In this document: positions 12,900-28,769 of the stretch, one piece after another
Position numbering within the stretch: position 1 is the stretch's first letter
Layout: each line of letters begins with the position of its first letter
NCBI RefSeq assembly: GCF_009914755.1
Contig: NC_060940.1
From: the human T2T-CHM13v2.0 reference genome, Homo sapiens
Length of the DNA stretch: 64,000 nt
Strand: one strand, 5' to 3'
Notes under the pieces: model-generated
Databases searched by the model: none
What the model saw: only the letters and a program-made list of their open reading frames with translations
What the model was told of the DNA's origin: nothing
Translations under genes and position numbers: made by a program

Positions 12900-13030
12900 G
12901 AAAGCGGCATCGGTTCAAATCCCATCCACTTGCTGGGGTTAGGTACGTTCTTTATAAGGTCCTTCTCTACATTCTCATTTCCTTATCTTTAAAACAAGAT
13001 AATACTGGTGCTAAACTTGCAGAATTGTTG
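12900..13030 (+). mobile_element. MIR SINE fragment
   Basis: GGTTCAAATCCCA...CTCATTTCCTTATCTTTAAAACAAGATAATA core. Confidence 0.7.
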
Positions 13031-13352
13031 CCCATCAATTGACAAAGCAATGTAACAAAACCCCTTTTACCTTTAAGACATCATAATAAAACTTTGAAAG
13101 GAGTTGGGAGCCCAGAACGTGCTTTTGGAAACAGAAGAGCTTCCTAATTCCCCAAAATGCAATTCCCTGATGCCTTATATTCTCTTCAAAATTAAATTCA
13201 TTTCGTCCCAGGATATAGAGAACAGCCATGTGACTCTCCACTAATGATTATCAAATAATTTGCTAGTGAAAGGAAGGTAAGTACTAAAGCTACCACTCTG
13301 GACCAACTTTTTCAAATCTCACCAGGCCTAAAGTGTGGGGGAAGGCAGACCT

Positions 13353-13565
13353 TAATAACAGTAGCATTTATTGGCATTTCAGCACATTTCACCTTGATCA
13401 TAACCCTATTGGGGGAGTATTACTTTCTCCTCTGGTTATAGGTGCAGACTCTCAGAGAGGTTTAGTGTCTTGTTTTAAAATCACACAGCACATGCACATG
13501 TGGTGTACGCAGAATTTGAAGCCAGTCTGTATAATACCAGATGGTATGCTCTTAACTACCACCAC
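13353..13565 (-). mobile_element. MIR SINE fragment
   Basis: AATAACAGTAGCATTTATTG...CTCAGAGAGGTTTAGTGTCTTG...GAATTTGAAGCCAG...GCTCTTAACTAC. Confidence 0.7.
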
Positions 13566-13693
13566 GGTGTTAACACACAACTCATGCCTTTCCAGAGTAC
13601 AGTTAACACATATACAACCTCCAAATTCTTCCACTAGGCACTTGATCCTAAAATTTCACCCAAAATTCATCTAGAAATTCTCCAAATTAAGTC

Positions 13694-13841
13694 ATGGTTG
13701 AGAGGGAGGAAAAGATCATCTATAAATCTCTATTTCAGTATAATGAAATTTGGCTACTACATTTTCTTCCGTTTATTCTCACAAGAATTTACTCTCACCT
13801 CCACCCCATCATCAACAATTATCAAATATTACCATCATGAA
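13694..13841 (+). repeat. 148-bp unique segment duplicated at 10157-10304 (probable donor copy)
   Basis: Direct alignment gives 142/148 identical bases. Confidence 0.97.
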
Positions 13842-16800
13842 CCATGGGGCAATAAAAAGAGGTGCTATATCAGTTTTACTAAATGCTGTTCACAGAAAGA
13901 GTATCAAATTCTACCTATCAGTTTCTCTCATTCTTTCCTAACTAAAGACTTAAAAGCCAAATAAAATAGTAACTGGGAGCTTAAAAAACATGTAAAATAC
14001 CATATAATCAAGATTGCTTAAATGTATAAAACTGTCAAGCAGATTATCCTTTATGCAATTCAAATGAGCCTTTGGGAGACAGAATTAACTGAGGGCAAAC
14101 AAGAGCTTAACTTTAAAAGACAAAGAGTTGGCTTATATCAAGTTGACACTTCCAGATAAGATACTGCATTATACCAGGTTATACTTGCAGTAATAATTTT
14201 TGATTGGCATATCATTTGCCACTAACTGCTGCCTGGCTTCCACTGAGCACACGCAACATACTATAAACTGTTATGAAAGATGTCTTTGTATTGTTCAATA
14301 TTTACAGGGTACGTTATTTTATAAATGCTCCAGTTGGCAGAAGTTTAAAAAGAAAAAGCATTAAAACATTTCAGATCAAAATGATCCTCTTTGCCTTACA
14401 AAAGAAGTACTTTCTAAAGACAGGTGACAATTCTGTTCAGAAATTTTCACACCAAGGCTAAGTAAATGTTCAGCGGTAAAAACAGAATTGCTTTGTTCAG
14501 CTGCACAAACAGATTTCGACATTGCCTCTATTTGCGTATTCCTGAATATCCTCTTTCAGATCCCACTTTTATGGGAAGCAAAATCAATTTTCTTTTGGAC
14601 AAAAAAGTGAGATCTGGTCTAATGATTTTAATCTTTTAAATAAACATGAACTGAACTTGGAGCACAAGCTTTTCCCTTAAGAAAAGATCTTTGTTGCTCA
14701 GAAAGATTTCTTTCAACCCATGAACAGTTAGTGCCCACGGCAGTCTAACCTGGGGAAAAAAAAACAGAAAATACATATTTATACCTATGTTATTTATTTG
14801 TTAAAAAAAAAAAGCAAGTGTTTAAAAACAAAAACAAAACCCCTGCAATCAAATTATCTTGCCCCTAATGTAGACGGATGTTAAGTTTAATTTTTGAAGG
14901 AAATTAGGTTCCCCAATTCAATTTTAAGCAAATAGAAAATGAGAAACAGAAAACTGTAACATAAAACTTTTATTGCTACTTTGCTAAAAAAGCACACTCA
15001 TGTTTATGAAATAGAGTCTCCCTTAGCCTCAAAGGGGAATTATTCTGAAAATCAGCAATACTTCGGGATCCTCACAAACACCAGCCCAGTGCAGCCTTTC
15101 TAGGCCTGTTTCAGCCCTGCTAATAGTTATTGTTTGTACAACTGTAACTAAGTACATTACCAACCAGTTGTTCAATCTATATAAATTTAAGAAACACATT
15201 GCCAAGGAGTGACTCATATATCAGTCTATTATATGCTACAGGGCTGACTGTATTAAACAAATCACTCTGCCTACAGCTGAAGAATAGAAGCTATATACAG
15301 AGCAGAGGTTATTGTCTAATTTAAATCTTGGCTTGCTTCCCAGTGCTGTACAAGATTCCAATTTGTGGAAATGTTGCTCTCTGCTACTGCCAGAAAGGCT
15401 GCAGAAAATGGTATTGGGAGCCTTCCAGAAATATGTCTGCAAAATGCCAATCAACAAGTCACTAAAGATTAACAGTATGACTGTACCAAATTAATTTAAA
15501 TTATAGAAACATATGGCTAGGATGTTTGCTTTGCACTTAAGACAACACCTACCTCACAAAGAGCTAGGTTTATTCCACAGTACAAAATAATAGCCCAATG
15601 TTCAGATTACTGCAAAATGTGATCATCAACTAATATCTCAGGAGCTAGATGTCCTTACAGAGCCAGTTGTGTTTTTTTTAATGTTTAGGGCCATATCTTT
15701 AATATATTCAAAACATAGGGGAAAATACTTTTCATAACAAGGTATTTTTCACCCGCAAAGATATAAAGAAAAAATCAACATTATTCAGCAACTGAAAACA
15801 ATTTGCTCTATAATGGGAAGAAAATTCTAGCTTTATTGAGATTCACCGTAGAACCCAGAGGATGATGCGATCTACTGCACATTACTCCCCATTCTAAAAT
15901 ATGATTTTGGGCTAAGAATTTAATATACGGCCAAGAGACATTCACCAATTATGTGACCAAATCACAAAAATAAAAAGACAACACAATTTCTACCCCGCCA
16001 GCTGCTCTCAATGTATATGACATTCACGCTGCCTCTCCATTATTTTCATGGGAATCTTTAATATATACAATCATGTCATCAACCAAAAGGGGAGAAAATC
16101 AATGGCACTTCAAGCCGTAGTTATACATTAGTGTACACTGTATTTCAACTGAATAGGAAGGGAACTGTTTTATGTTTCTCTCCACCGCTTTTCTATTATT
16201 GCCTAGCTAATGGAAATACATCAAACAAATGTTATATAAGAGCAATAAATATTAAAGTTGACCTATCCATCTGGGAAAAATGAGAACAATACTGCTCACT
16301 TTTAGCCCAAATATGACACTGATAAATGAAGCGATGAGATTCCATCACACTTGCAGCAAACTGGGCTGGGAGCCCCCGCATGATCCTGGTACCAGCAATT
16401 TTCTTCATTCATCTTCATTAGGCAGTCACTTGACCTGCCTCCCAACATCCCTGTCAAATCTGAACCTTTGTGGGGTTGGGGGGGGGAGGCTGTATTTTCT
16501 AACAACGTAGTCAAAATGTGCCCTTCAAGTTTTAAAAAAGGCCAGAAGAAGGCCTCCATGAGCAAGAAAGGGTGCAAACAAGTCCTCTGGAAACAAAGAG
16601 ACATTCAGTGTAACTCATGATTAAAAGGGAAACCACAGGATAAAACTGGTCCGTGCATATCCTGCTTCCCCGTGCATCGCCACGGTGGCAGGGAAGGCCT
16701 CCGAGTGTGCGAACAAGCACACCCTGCGCCATCGAAAGACAATTACGTATTCAAATGAAGGATGTACGCGGGGCCTTATCACAGATGTAGAAATGCTTTC

Positions 16801-18534
16801 CATTTCCTTCCTCAATCACAGTTTCAAGTGAGCTGGAACAAGAAAGGAGAACATTCTTACCCTAACACAATGAGCGAGTTTCATCACATTAGCAGTTTTA
16901 CATTACAGTCCCATTATTTTCTATTTCAACGGCATAATAAGAGAGGTGCTGATTTGATTATTCCGTAATAGTGAAAATGAATACCAATGCAATATAAAAT
17001 TGCTATTATAACACAAAGCTACTAATATGATTCACAAGACCCCCTGGAAATTAGGTTTTATAACTATGATCACAGGGGAAAAATTAGAAAGCCAGTAAGC
17101 AACAGAAGGGAATTAGGTGCTCCACACCAGAGCCTTAGCAATGCAGACAGCTGCTCAAATGAAGCCAGGCAGCATTTACTTCGAAACGACATGCAAAACC
17201 CAGTCCTTGCAAATTATTCAAGAGGTTTTCTTTTGTTTTTCTTCGTGGCAAGTGTTCCAGATACTCAAAACGTTAACTAAAGCTGTGTTTGAGTATAGTA
17301 TTAAGGCAAGATTCACTGATTCATAAAATAAATACAAGACAAACAAACAAACAAAACATAAATGAGATGATGCTAGGGAAAGTATGAAGAATCTATCACT
17401 TCAGGAATCAGATTCTTAGAACCAGATTGATTCTACGAATCCACAAGAAACAAAATTGCCTGAGGTCAAAGGACTTTTTTTAGACATGGCTCTCACCCTA
17501 AATAACAAGGATGCTAAAACCAGTTGTGATTATTTCTAAACCAGTGTCCTCCACAGGAGTCCGGAAAGATCTAAGACCCACCCCAGCATACTCTCACCTG
17601 GACGCCATGGTTCTACTGAGCTGAAAATATGTTTTCCCTATGGCTTCAAACACATACCTGCCTAGGCAGGCAGAGGGTGAACACAGAAGCTGCTGAACAA
17701 CTTTCCAGCCACCCTAGGTACAAGGAAAGGATGCAAAGCTCTTTATAAAAGCTCTTTCCAAGTCACTTCTCCATCAGGTTCTGAGAGTGTACAATCTGAG
17801 AAGAGCAGAAAACCATGACAAGCACCAATCTTTGGCCTGAACACAAGGGTCGCTGGCTACAAAGTGACAACTACAAATTTCTGCTTCTGATCCAATGTAA
17901 CAAGAGATATGTTTATGTTGGCCAGAAGTTTTCCATCTCTGCAGAGACAGGGAGCTCTGATACTGGAAATGAAAATGCTTATCATGGTTTTCTCCTCCAA
18001 ACAGAAGAGATTCTGCTATATTTAAGAGATTCTTAAAAACGTATTAATGTTTAGTCTGTAAAGGAAGTCACATCGCATCAAATGTTACTCTATATCTGTA
18101 TGCTTCCTTCTCATGTGTTTTAAACATTTAGGTTATTAGAGGATGCAGCACTATGATTGGAGCAAAAACCAAAGAGTATGTAAATAAAACAGGTACAACC
18201 CATGCACATCATCTTAGCCTAGGCCTTAACTCCTGGCACAGACTTCTAATCAAAAAATACCTTGTTAATTGAGGACTATGGGTACCAGTTAATCGGCATT
18301 CGATCATATGAAGCAATAATATCACATGGCAGTGTTTCACAGGGTTTTTGGAGAATATTAAAAGGTGGCCATATTTCCCAAGCTGGGTACCACAGAAGTA
18401 TTCCAAGAGTTGTAAAGGTGAAAATCTATAATCCTACTAGATATCAAAGGCTGATCAAGACCTTCCAACTATTGTCACTGCATTTTGCATTCTCATTTCC
18501 CTCTTAGAATAATGCATATGCCAATATATCTTAA

Positions 18535-18850
18535 TTATAACAGTTAACATTTATTAAACACCATCTATATTCTAGGCATTATGCTAACCACTTCCCATTT
18601 ATCGTCTTATTTCTTCCTCACAACCTTAGAAAGTAGAAACTATCATATTTCATAAAATCTAAGACACCATTGATTATAAGATATAATCTAACTACAGACA
18701 TGTTAAAATGTGAAAAATATGTGTGCCTAAGTCAGTAAAATATGCTACTATTATTACCATGCCCATTTATAGCTAACTTGTCCACAGTTACACACAAGAA
18801 AGTCTGGACTTGAACTAACAACTGTGTGAGTCTGAAGTCTTAAGTGCTAA
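18535..18850 (-). mobile_element. MIR interrupted by a short Tc2-type (MER104/Kanga-like) element at about 18643-18745
   Basis: MIR ATAACAGTTAACATTTATT...CTCACAACC; the insert has degenerate TIRs CATATTTCATAAAATCTAAGACAC...TGTTAAAATGTGAAAAA...TAAAATATG. Confidence 0.6.
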
Positions 18851-18904
18851 ATAAGTAGTCTCCAATTATTTTTTACTAGACACCTCTACTAAAGATTTTC
18901 ATAT

Positions 18905-19125
18905 AAATAATACCAATTAACACTTACATATAACTTGCCATGTGCCAAGTACAGTTTAAAGCACTTTCCATATGTTAACTCATTAATTCCTCACAACAGC
19001 CTATGATACAGGTACAATCACTGTACCCATTCTACAGAGGAACAAACAGGACTTTGGCCAAGCCTACATGATGATGATGCAGACAAACAGGCCTCCAAGT
19101 CTACACTCTGAGCCACTATACTGTC
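18905..19125 (-). mobile_element. MIR SINE
   Basis: CATGTGCCAAGTACAGTTTAAAGCACTTTCCATATGTTAACTCATTAATTCCTCACAACAGCCTATGA...CCCATTCTACAGAGGAACAAAC. Confidence 0.8.
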
Positions 19126-19229
19126 TCTTTAATAACATGGGCACCCAATTGCAACATATGCAGGTTTGTTTATTTATTCATAAACTATATACACAGTTAC
19201 CACCATCCTGATGTATTATGTGTATTTCA

Positions 19230-19623
<394 letters not shown>

Positions 19624-20749
19624 TCACTCCCTGAGCTATGTGGATTATACTAGTGAAAGTACTGCCTTAACCCACTAATGTAAACAGATTCCTTTTAAGA
19701 AGCCTCCCTATCGAGAATGGTCTGTAAGAGACAACCATGTCAACAAGTAAAGTTCCTTCTGCCTTCCCTCCTGGGGTGGGCTAAGACGGACCCTTCTCAC
19801 CATTCCCAATTACCTGCAGGAAGGCAGCAACAGAATAGAGAAGGAGGGTAACACAGTTTCCTGTACTTTAAATACCTCCCTGCCTCCGCAAGTAAAACTT
19901 GAGCCATGCCAATGAGGGAAAAAGTGGCCGCGATTTCCCAGGTGGCTTAGTAATACACAGTTTTCTGACACACTGCAACTCCATTCTTTCCTAAAAGTTC
20001 CTTCCAAGCCTGTAGGCACTGTAAGACAAACAGCTAAGCACTTCCTGAGTGCCTACTATTTGCCAGGCTGTATGCAGCACCAGGAACACAAAAATAAAAG
20101 CTATGGCCATTCAGGAACAAGATTTCAAAATGAAAAATAGGAGGAAAATCTAACATGGATGGAAAAAAGCCACACTTTTCCATGCTTCAAGTTTAGTTTC
20201 CATTTCTAAAATGTCTGTCCTCATATGTTAGCCAGAAAGCCAGTTTCCAGCAAGACAAGCAGAAATAAATATTATGCAAGTCAAACCTACAAGAATGGGT
20301 CTTCAAGAAAGGGAAATAATTTTCAGTCAAAATCTAAAAATCCATATTCAACAAAAAAAGCACAGATTGAGAAACTAATTCAATAGCAAAAAAGGAAAAT
20401 TACCATTGATCCAGGTTGCCATTTTTAATAAAAAGCAGTAAGGTCTTAAAGAAAATATTAGCATTGAAGTTCAACCAAATAAATTACTTTGTCATCAAAA
20501 TGAAGAATGCCAGAAAGTTCTCTGAAATACAATTTTTAACAAAACTGAGAAAGCAGAGGAAGTATTTTTTAATATTACAAATTTTTGACACCAACATAAG
20601 AATTCCATGATATCCTAAAGAGCAATGAACCCAGGTAATGCAGTTTCTAGAAATTTTAAAACACTACCAAATAATATTGCTTCTTGCATTAAGTATAGCA
20701 TTGGTTTGCTAGAATAATCCTAACAATGACAATGCAATGTACTTTAAAT

Positions 20750-20990
20750 TGGGGTCAAAAAACTTTTTTCTTAAAGTACCAGATAGTCAAGCTTTTAAGC
20801 TCTATGGGTCATCCACAGACACACTGCAACTATACAAACTATATCACCCCTGTTGCAACTACACGAAAAGCAGGAAAGCAACCACAGAAGACAGACAATA
20901 CATAAACAAATGAGTATGACTGTGTTCCAATAACATTTTATTAATAAAAACAGGCAACTGGCCCATGGGTGGTAATTTGCTGAAACTTGG
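20750..20990 (+). mobile_element. MER58A-like hAT-Charlie DNA transposon
   Basis: GGGGTCAAAAAACTTTTTTCTTAAAG...AGACAATACATAAACAAATGAGTATGACTGTGTTCCAATAACATTTTATT...AAAACAGGC...TAATTTGCTGA. Confidence 0.8.
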
Positions 20991-21094
20991 TTTAAATTAT
21001 TATTAGTATCTACCTTTTTTTAAAAGATGATGTTTTTTAGGGTCTTTCCATCATGAAAATTATGTTTTTATGAAAGTGATTTGGGAAGTATTAA

Positions 21095-21330
21095 AATACA
21101 GAATAAAGAGCAAGCCTTGGGCTATGAAGTCAAATAGGACTGGGTTCCAGGACTGCTGTGTGACTTTGGGAAACTGACCTGCCATCTCTAGGTGTTAGTT
21201 TCCTCACTTGTAAAATTAAGATGCTGACAGCCCTCACCTCATAGGGTCACTCACTGCAAGGACCACACAAGTGAACATGCATACAGCACTTAGCATAGTT
21301 ATGGATAACCCTGTACCTACCTTATTATAG
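21095..21330 (+). mobile_element. MIR SINE
   Basis: GCTGTGTGACTTTGGG...AGTTTCCTCACTTGTAAAATTAAGAT...ACCTCATAGGGT...AGCACTTAGCATAG. Confidence 0.8.
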
Positions 21331-22073
21331 CAATTGCTATCAACTTTCTTCTAGCTTATCATTAATGATACTATAAAAACACCCAGCATAACGCCAGCAT
21401 AAGGATGTGAATGAATGAGCAAATGAAAGGAGGGAGGGCAATGGCAAAATTTTACCTTGGTTTCCAAGCTAAAGTATAACCTGAGTTTTTTAATGCTTTA
21501 CAAAAAGGAAAGGCAATCAGAACCATAATTAATATTTAAGCTGTACTGACAGGTTTTCCAGGGAAAATTCTATAGAACTTGTTATTCTCCAACTTCCAAA
21601 AATAAGCAATAAATTTTTTTTAAAGAGCTGTTATTTTAAGACTTTATTTGAACCAAAGAATGTGTTTATGGTAACAACATACATGTTGTAAATTAATCAG
21701 TTTCAATGTTATAAAATAATACTTCCAAGAATAAATGTATCATATAATCTATGTACCTCATGTCGATAATTTAAATAAATACATTAAATAAATACATCAT
21801 TCCGAAGTCCGCTTTATCATTGTTTGTAAAATCCAATTGTCATACTCTGGTATTTGTTCTCCAAAAGAATCATCACTTTCATATTCACTACAGCATGAGA
21901 TGAGATATTTAATAAATAATAGGACATCATAATCCAGGGATTAAGTAGTTTCTTTTAGCAAAATTTAATATGAGGGTAGCATATGCCAGCCGTTCCTAGT
22001 TGAGCAACAATTTCTGTGTTGGGAGAGGATAACAAAGCCAAGTATTTTCCCATAAGAAGTTCACACTCTAAAA

Positions 22074-22371
22074 GGCCAGGCGCGGTGGCTCACACCTATA
22101 ATCCCAGCACTTTGGGTGGCTGAGGCAGGCGGATCACTAGGTCAGGAGATCGAGACCATCCTGGCTAAGACGGTGAAACCCCGTCTCTACTAAAAATACA
22201 AAAAAATTAGCCAGGCGTGGTGGTGGGCACCTGTCGTTCCAGCTACTCAGGAGGCTGAGGCAGGAGAATGGCGTGAACCCAGGAGGCGGAGCTTGCAGTG
22301 AGCCGAGATCGTGTCACTGCACTCCAGCCTAGGTGATAGAGCGAGACTCCGTCTCAAAAAAAAAAAAAAAA
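22074..22371 (+). mobile_element. AluY, full length
   Basis: Y diagnostics GAGATCGAGACCATCCTGGCTAA, GAATGGCGTGAACC and GGAGCTTGCAGTGAG; perfect TSD AAGAAGTTCACACTCTAAAA at 22054-22073 and 22372-22391. Confidence 0.98.
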
Positions 22372-22660
22372 AAGAAGTTCACACTCTAAAATGAAGAGAA
22401 ATGAGAAATGTCTATGTGCACACAACTTCCCACATACACACATTAGTTAGAGACCACAGTCATGCCCACCCTCCAGCTCACGTGACATTTCAAAGCAGAG
22501 ATGAGACTTAAAGGATGGAAGAAATGGCGTTTGTTTCATGGATGGGGTAACGGAGGCTTTTAGGGGCTTATGGGATGGACAAGTAAAGGATCAATGAGAC
22601 AGAAAGGCAAGGCAAGGCAAGGCAAGGGACTCGATCTCAGGAAGTGGTGAGTGGAGATGA

Positions 22661-23050
<390 letters not shown>

Positions 23051-23570
23051 TAGGAAGATCCGTTAAAGAGAGAACTGCATAGGAAGGAAAAGGCCTGGCT
23101 AGGATTCCCTGAACCTTCTCATTTCACTACTCTCTTGTTAGTCATCAATGCAGTTAAGAATCAACGCAATCAAATCGAATCACATAGTGATTAATTTGTG
23201 CCACCAATAGCTCTAATTTTGTTAACTTCTCATTCCAATAAAAATAATCATCTGGTTAATCCATTTCTTCAGCGGGATTACTTGTTTGCTTGTTTCTTTA
23301 GCTATAATAAACTCTGAATGCCAGAGTCACCAAACTAAGCATTAAACAAACTGATTGACAATTCGGAAGCATAGGAATAATTACAGATGATGCTAGGCAA
23401 TATCACTAGATTGGGTTTTCATGAAGCTCGTGACTGGATTTTGCCACAAAAATCACTAACTGCTTTGGCTTCCAGAGAATGGCCTCATGGATAAGCCCCA
23501 AGTTCCAAAAACTACAAAATGTCAAAATCACATTCAACTAATTAATAATTTTATGTCACAATAAGAATTA

Positions 23571-23900
<330 letters not shown>

Positions 23901-25167
23901 TTATCTAAACCTATCTGAAAATTCAATGATGAATTTTATGAACTTAGCCCTGAACTGACATTCCTGGTGAAAACTGCAATCATTGTAGGACAAGAGCCGT
24001 CGTGTTAAATGCTAAGGCTATTTTATACACATCCAATATTTTGGGAGCACTGCAATTAAAAGTCTTCTCACACTAAAACCAATGCACAAAGCACCTCTCA
24101 GGTTTAAGCCTCACTAGGCTGATGCCTGAAACACAGCAAAATGCTCATACTCTTTATACACATGTCCAAAGGTCTAGCTATCAAAAGACAGATAAAAAGG
24201 AGCATTTTCCCCCAACTGATGGAAGCAAGTCCAAGGTGAAGAAAGAGGATAGAACGAGAAGGTAAACCATCTCTCAAAGGTGAGAAATCAACACAGAGTC
24301 AACCAATGTCTTCATCTCAACCCAACCCACCAAGCAATGTATCAGATTGGATTGGAGACAGATTGGAGACTCTATGAAAGAACTGGCATGCACAACCCAA
24401 GAACCTCCTGGATTCTTGGCCCTTCTTTTAAAGAAGGGGGGTTTCTAGACAGGAATAGAACCCACAGAGTCATGGAAGCCAGCCCCCTACCATAAATTGT
24501 TCATAACCACAAGCTTATTGGTCAGGTTTATAAAGTGATTCAGACTCTTTAGAGGCTACAGGAAGGGTGCAGATAAGAGGACACTTATGCTGGGGTGGGG
24601 AATTATTGGAGAGGCCTCCAACAATGAGATATCACCTATAATTACATTAAAGATTTAAAAACATGATTGAATCACATGTTAACAATCTCCTAATTAGAGC
24701 TCTGACTCTCCTTAGAATGTCCAACATCCACTGCATCTAAGAAGCACTAGTATTTATTATGTAGTATTGTTTGTGTCAAATTCCCAAAAAAGGTTATCTT
24801 GAAGGTTAATGGATTTAAGTAGCTGGAAACCCTGATTAGAGTTGCCCATAGAAATCTGAATTCTGCTCAAACAGTTCAAAGCTGACAACAAAACAGTGAT
24901 GGACTCTGAAAGTGAAGAGACCCATAGAGTTCACATGTAATGTTAAAATGTTCGGCACTTCACTTCTCAACTGGGGTACATGTACACCTAAGACCTACAT
25001 CTTAGAAGTTTCCAGAGTTACAGAATGAACTGGATCGTGTCTCAGATTAACAATTGATTCAAAGAATGGGGATAGAAAGGGAGCCATGACAAAATAAAGG
25101 AGGGGGCTGTTTTGTATCACAGCAAACAAGGAGATCCTGTGTAAAAGAAATTATCAAAATTGTTAAT

Positions 25168-25300
25168 GCCAGAGGGTAGTGGCTCATGCCTGTAATCCCA
25201 CCATTTTGGTAGGCCAAGGCAGAATTGCTTGAGGTCAGAAGTCCAAGACAGGACTGAGAAACACAGTGAGAGTGAGACCCCATCTCCACACACACAAAAA
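25168..25300 (+). mobile_element. Alu monomer (FLAM-like)
   Basis: Single left arm GTGGCTCATGCCTGTAATCCCA...GAGACCCCATCTC. Confidence 0.85.
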
Positions 25301-26059
25301 CATCTTTGCATTAAAAAATGAAACTAGAGGCTTTAAAGAACTGCTGCAGGCTACGTGACTTAAAGAATATAAGTTCTCTGCCTTCTTTGTCATCAGGAGT
25401 GCTTCTGTGATTACGTATAGGAAGGCAAACCTTAAAGGAGGTAACTGAAATCTTTACTTCAACATACTCAATTGTATGCACACAGCTTGGTAAGCAAAAT
25501 AAGTCACAAATAAGCAATATTGCTTCAAAAACCTTTTTTAAAAAAAGATACATAATCAATTATTTTCATATTAATAGAGCAAAGGAATACCATGAATAAT
25601 CCAAGATACCAGGTAATCCAGAAGTCAGATACTGAGAAGTGAAATACATCAGATAATTTTTACAGTGTGTCTATGATCTTAATTACATTTTACTAAGCCT
25701 AATACTAGTTTTTCTTTCTTTTTTAGAATTTCTAGATTACATTATTTGAAAGTAAATAATGGCTTCAAATCATGTTAGGCAACAGAATTCCCAGGAAGGA
25801 GTGAAGGTAAATCAGATGACTGAACTATATTACAATTTAAGCTGTGATGTTTGCACAACTATAACAATATTATAAATGAGCTTGAGGTTTCTTACTGAAG
25901 ATGTTTAATATTTGATCCAAAATATCGAGCAGTTTTGACTAAGCACTGTAAGCAAAGAAATACGCTATCATAGCAGGACACCTGTAAGTTTCCATTGTAT
26001 AAGAAAATGTTTCCTTTGTTTAATTGGAGAGTCAATTAAACATACAAATATCTGAAGAC

Positions 26060-26790
26060 ATTATTATGAAGGCTGATTTGGAGGAAATGTATAATGCAGA
26101 TACATTCTGGGTGTAAGTATTAAATTCATACAACCATTCTGGAAAATAATTCAACGTTGCCAAGTCAAGAGCATTCCCTAAAACCCATGAGTTCCTCTCC
26201 CAAGTAAAGACATGAGAACAATTCTTGCACATGTGCAACAGCGTGCATACACAAGGGTGTTTGCAGGACCCGCCCATGATAGCAAAGCACTGGTAAAAAA
26301 TCAAATGTCCAGAGGGAGTATACTCAGACCATGGAATACTGTACAGTGGCAAACCAAAAGAAAGACACCTGCATCCACTTAGAAGAATATTACAAAACTA
26401 ATATTGAAGCGGGGAAAAGCAAGTCAGAAAATAAAATATATAACATCATTCCACTTATAAAGAAACCAGGAATATGTACAACTAAGCAATATATTATTAG
26501 GGGATAAAGAGATGTATGGTAAAATTTTATATAAAGAAAAAACAAGGGAATAATAAATGTAAAATTCAGGAAAGTGACTATCTCTGGGGGCAGGAAGGGA
26601 GGGAGTTGCAACTGAGAAGCGCACAGAGAGAACTTCAAAATTATTGATAACTTTCAACAAAGTTGGATGTTAGACAAATAGGTGATCATTTTATTACTAT
26701 TATTTAAACATGCTCATAATTTAAATTCACATGTATAGCTATATATTATGTATTATAGATATAAAACAATTCAGAGGTATAAAATGCAAT
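26060..26790 (+). mobile_element. Old L1M (L1ME-like) 3' end
   Basis: ACAACCATTCTGGAAAATAATT, CATGGAATACTGTACAG, AAAAGCAAGTCAGAAAAT, AAAATTCAGGAAAGTGACTATCTCTGGGG. Confidence 0.8.
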
Positions 26791-28277
26791 AAAAAAGTGT
26801 ACAAGCCCAAATCTCTAGCATACTGCCAATCAAAAGATGATTGTTATTCATAAAGTATCTCAAAAAGGAACATTAGACTATTTCCAGAAATCCTGGTTGC
26901 TTTATTATTCATTTATTATTTATTACCCCAGGAAGATAAATTTTAGGAAGTTTCTACTTTGAGTGTCTTTCTTCTAAGTTGCAAATACAAATAAATGCTT
27001 ATTTGGAATTATAACTATACTGGAAGCTCATGTTTCAAATAAAGCTATTTATATATAGCTTCATCATTGTTTGAATGCTTATCATTGCAGCCTCATTACA
27101 AAGAACATCTAAAAGATTTTTTTCCAACCTAAGAAAAAACAGTGCTATAATAAGGTATCTTACATTCATGGGTAAAAATACTCCTTTTAGAGAACATAAT
27201 ATAATTAGTTTCTATTCCAAGTCTGTCAGTGTGCACTGTTAACCTCTGACAATTATGCATGAACCTTTTAATTAGCATGTTATCTTTGGTGCAATTAATA
27301 ACTTGTACTTCATGTTATAGGCAAATTAAAGTTTTCCCACTAAAACCAAATTCTTCAGCATAGTTCTAAAAGTGTTTTGCCATTTAAATGAAATTTTAAC
27401 ATTCAGACCTCTTGCTCCCAAAACACATAAGCCATTTTTTCCAAAGCTAGACAGCTTTTCTCTATCCACGTTCTTTCAAATATTTTACCTAAGACAGAGA
27501 ATCTCATATTAAATTCAATTTCACACTTGCCAATCACACACGCCCACTCACAATTCCTCCAGATGATGCAATGTGGCCTAATGTGTATGCTTATGTATGT
27601 ACATGTGCACACACAAACAGGCATAATGTTTAAATACATATAAACACATTCATTGCTAGGTATTGGTTAAAACAAACAGGCTTACAGCATACCAACTTAT
27701 TAAACATAATGATTGATATTAGTAGTTTCATTAATGTAATTAACCTTTAGATTTGAATTATCAAGTTCAAAGTCTAAGACCGAGAGCAGTGGTTCTCAGG
27801 CCGGTACAATAATGGCAAGTCATGGTATTCAAGAGATGAGTCTAAAAGGCCCCTCAGTCCTGCCCCTACCAGAAACCAGAGATATTTGCTGCTGGTAATA
27901 ATGAGGAGGGGGTTTCTAAGTACAAGATCAGCTCTATTCTTTCATTCCCTGGAAATCTGCCCTCGCCTCTGATACCTCAAAAAATATCTGTTGCATTTCC
28001 AAGGGAAAGAACAATGATATAAGCCTTGCTGTTAAAAAAAAAAAAAAAAATGCCACTACTTACAAGATAAAAGGCAAGGTGTTTTGTTTTTTTCCCCTTT
28101 CTCTTAGACTAGGCATGAATAATCTCAAAATATTTGTTTGTCAATAAAGTGATTAAAATAAAGTGATAGACAAGACATAATGATTAGAGAAATGAATCAA
28201 AGTAATATTTGGGACCAGGGTCTTACAAATCTAGAGTAAGTATGTTGAGCAGAAATAGATACTAAAAATTTACATTA

Positions 28278-28716
<439 letters not shown>

Positions 28717-28769
28717 CTAAAATGAACTAACTGGGGAATCATTTCTACCTTCCAGAAGCATTTGAATGG

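Noticed and set aside
10161-13964. Twin ORFs MRGRKRSSINLY... suggesting a paralogous small gene pair
   Set aside because: Both start at TTG, diverge exactly at the duplication boundary and have no recognisable domain. The 148-bp DNA duplication explains them.
19814-20018. Possible minus-strand exon (TTTGTCTTACAG| ... CAG|GTAATT); similar donor matches near 34870 and 41528
   Set aside because: The splice signals are only moderate and such pairs are common by chance in long introns; there is no supporting evidence.
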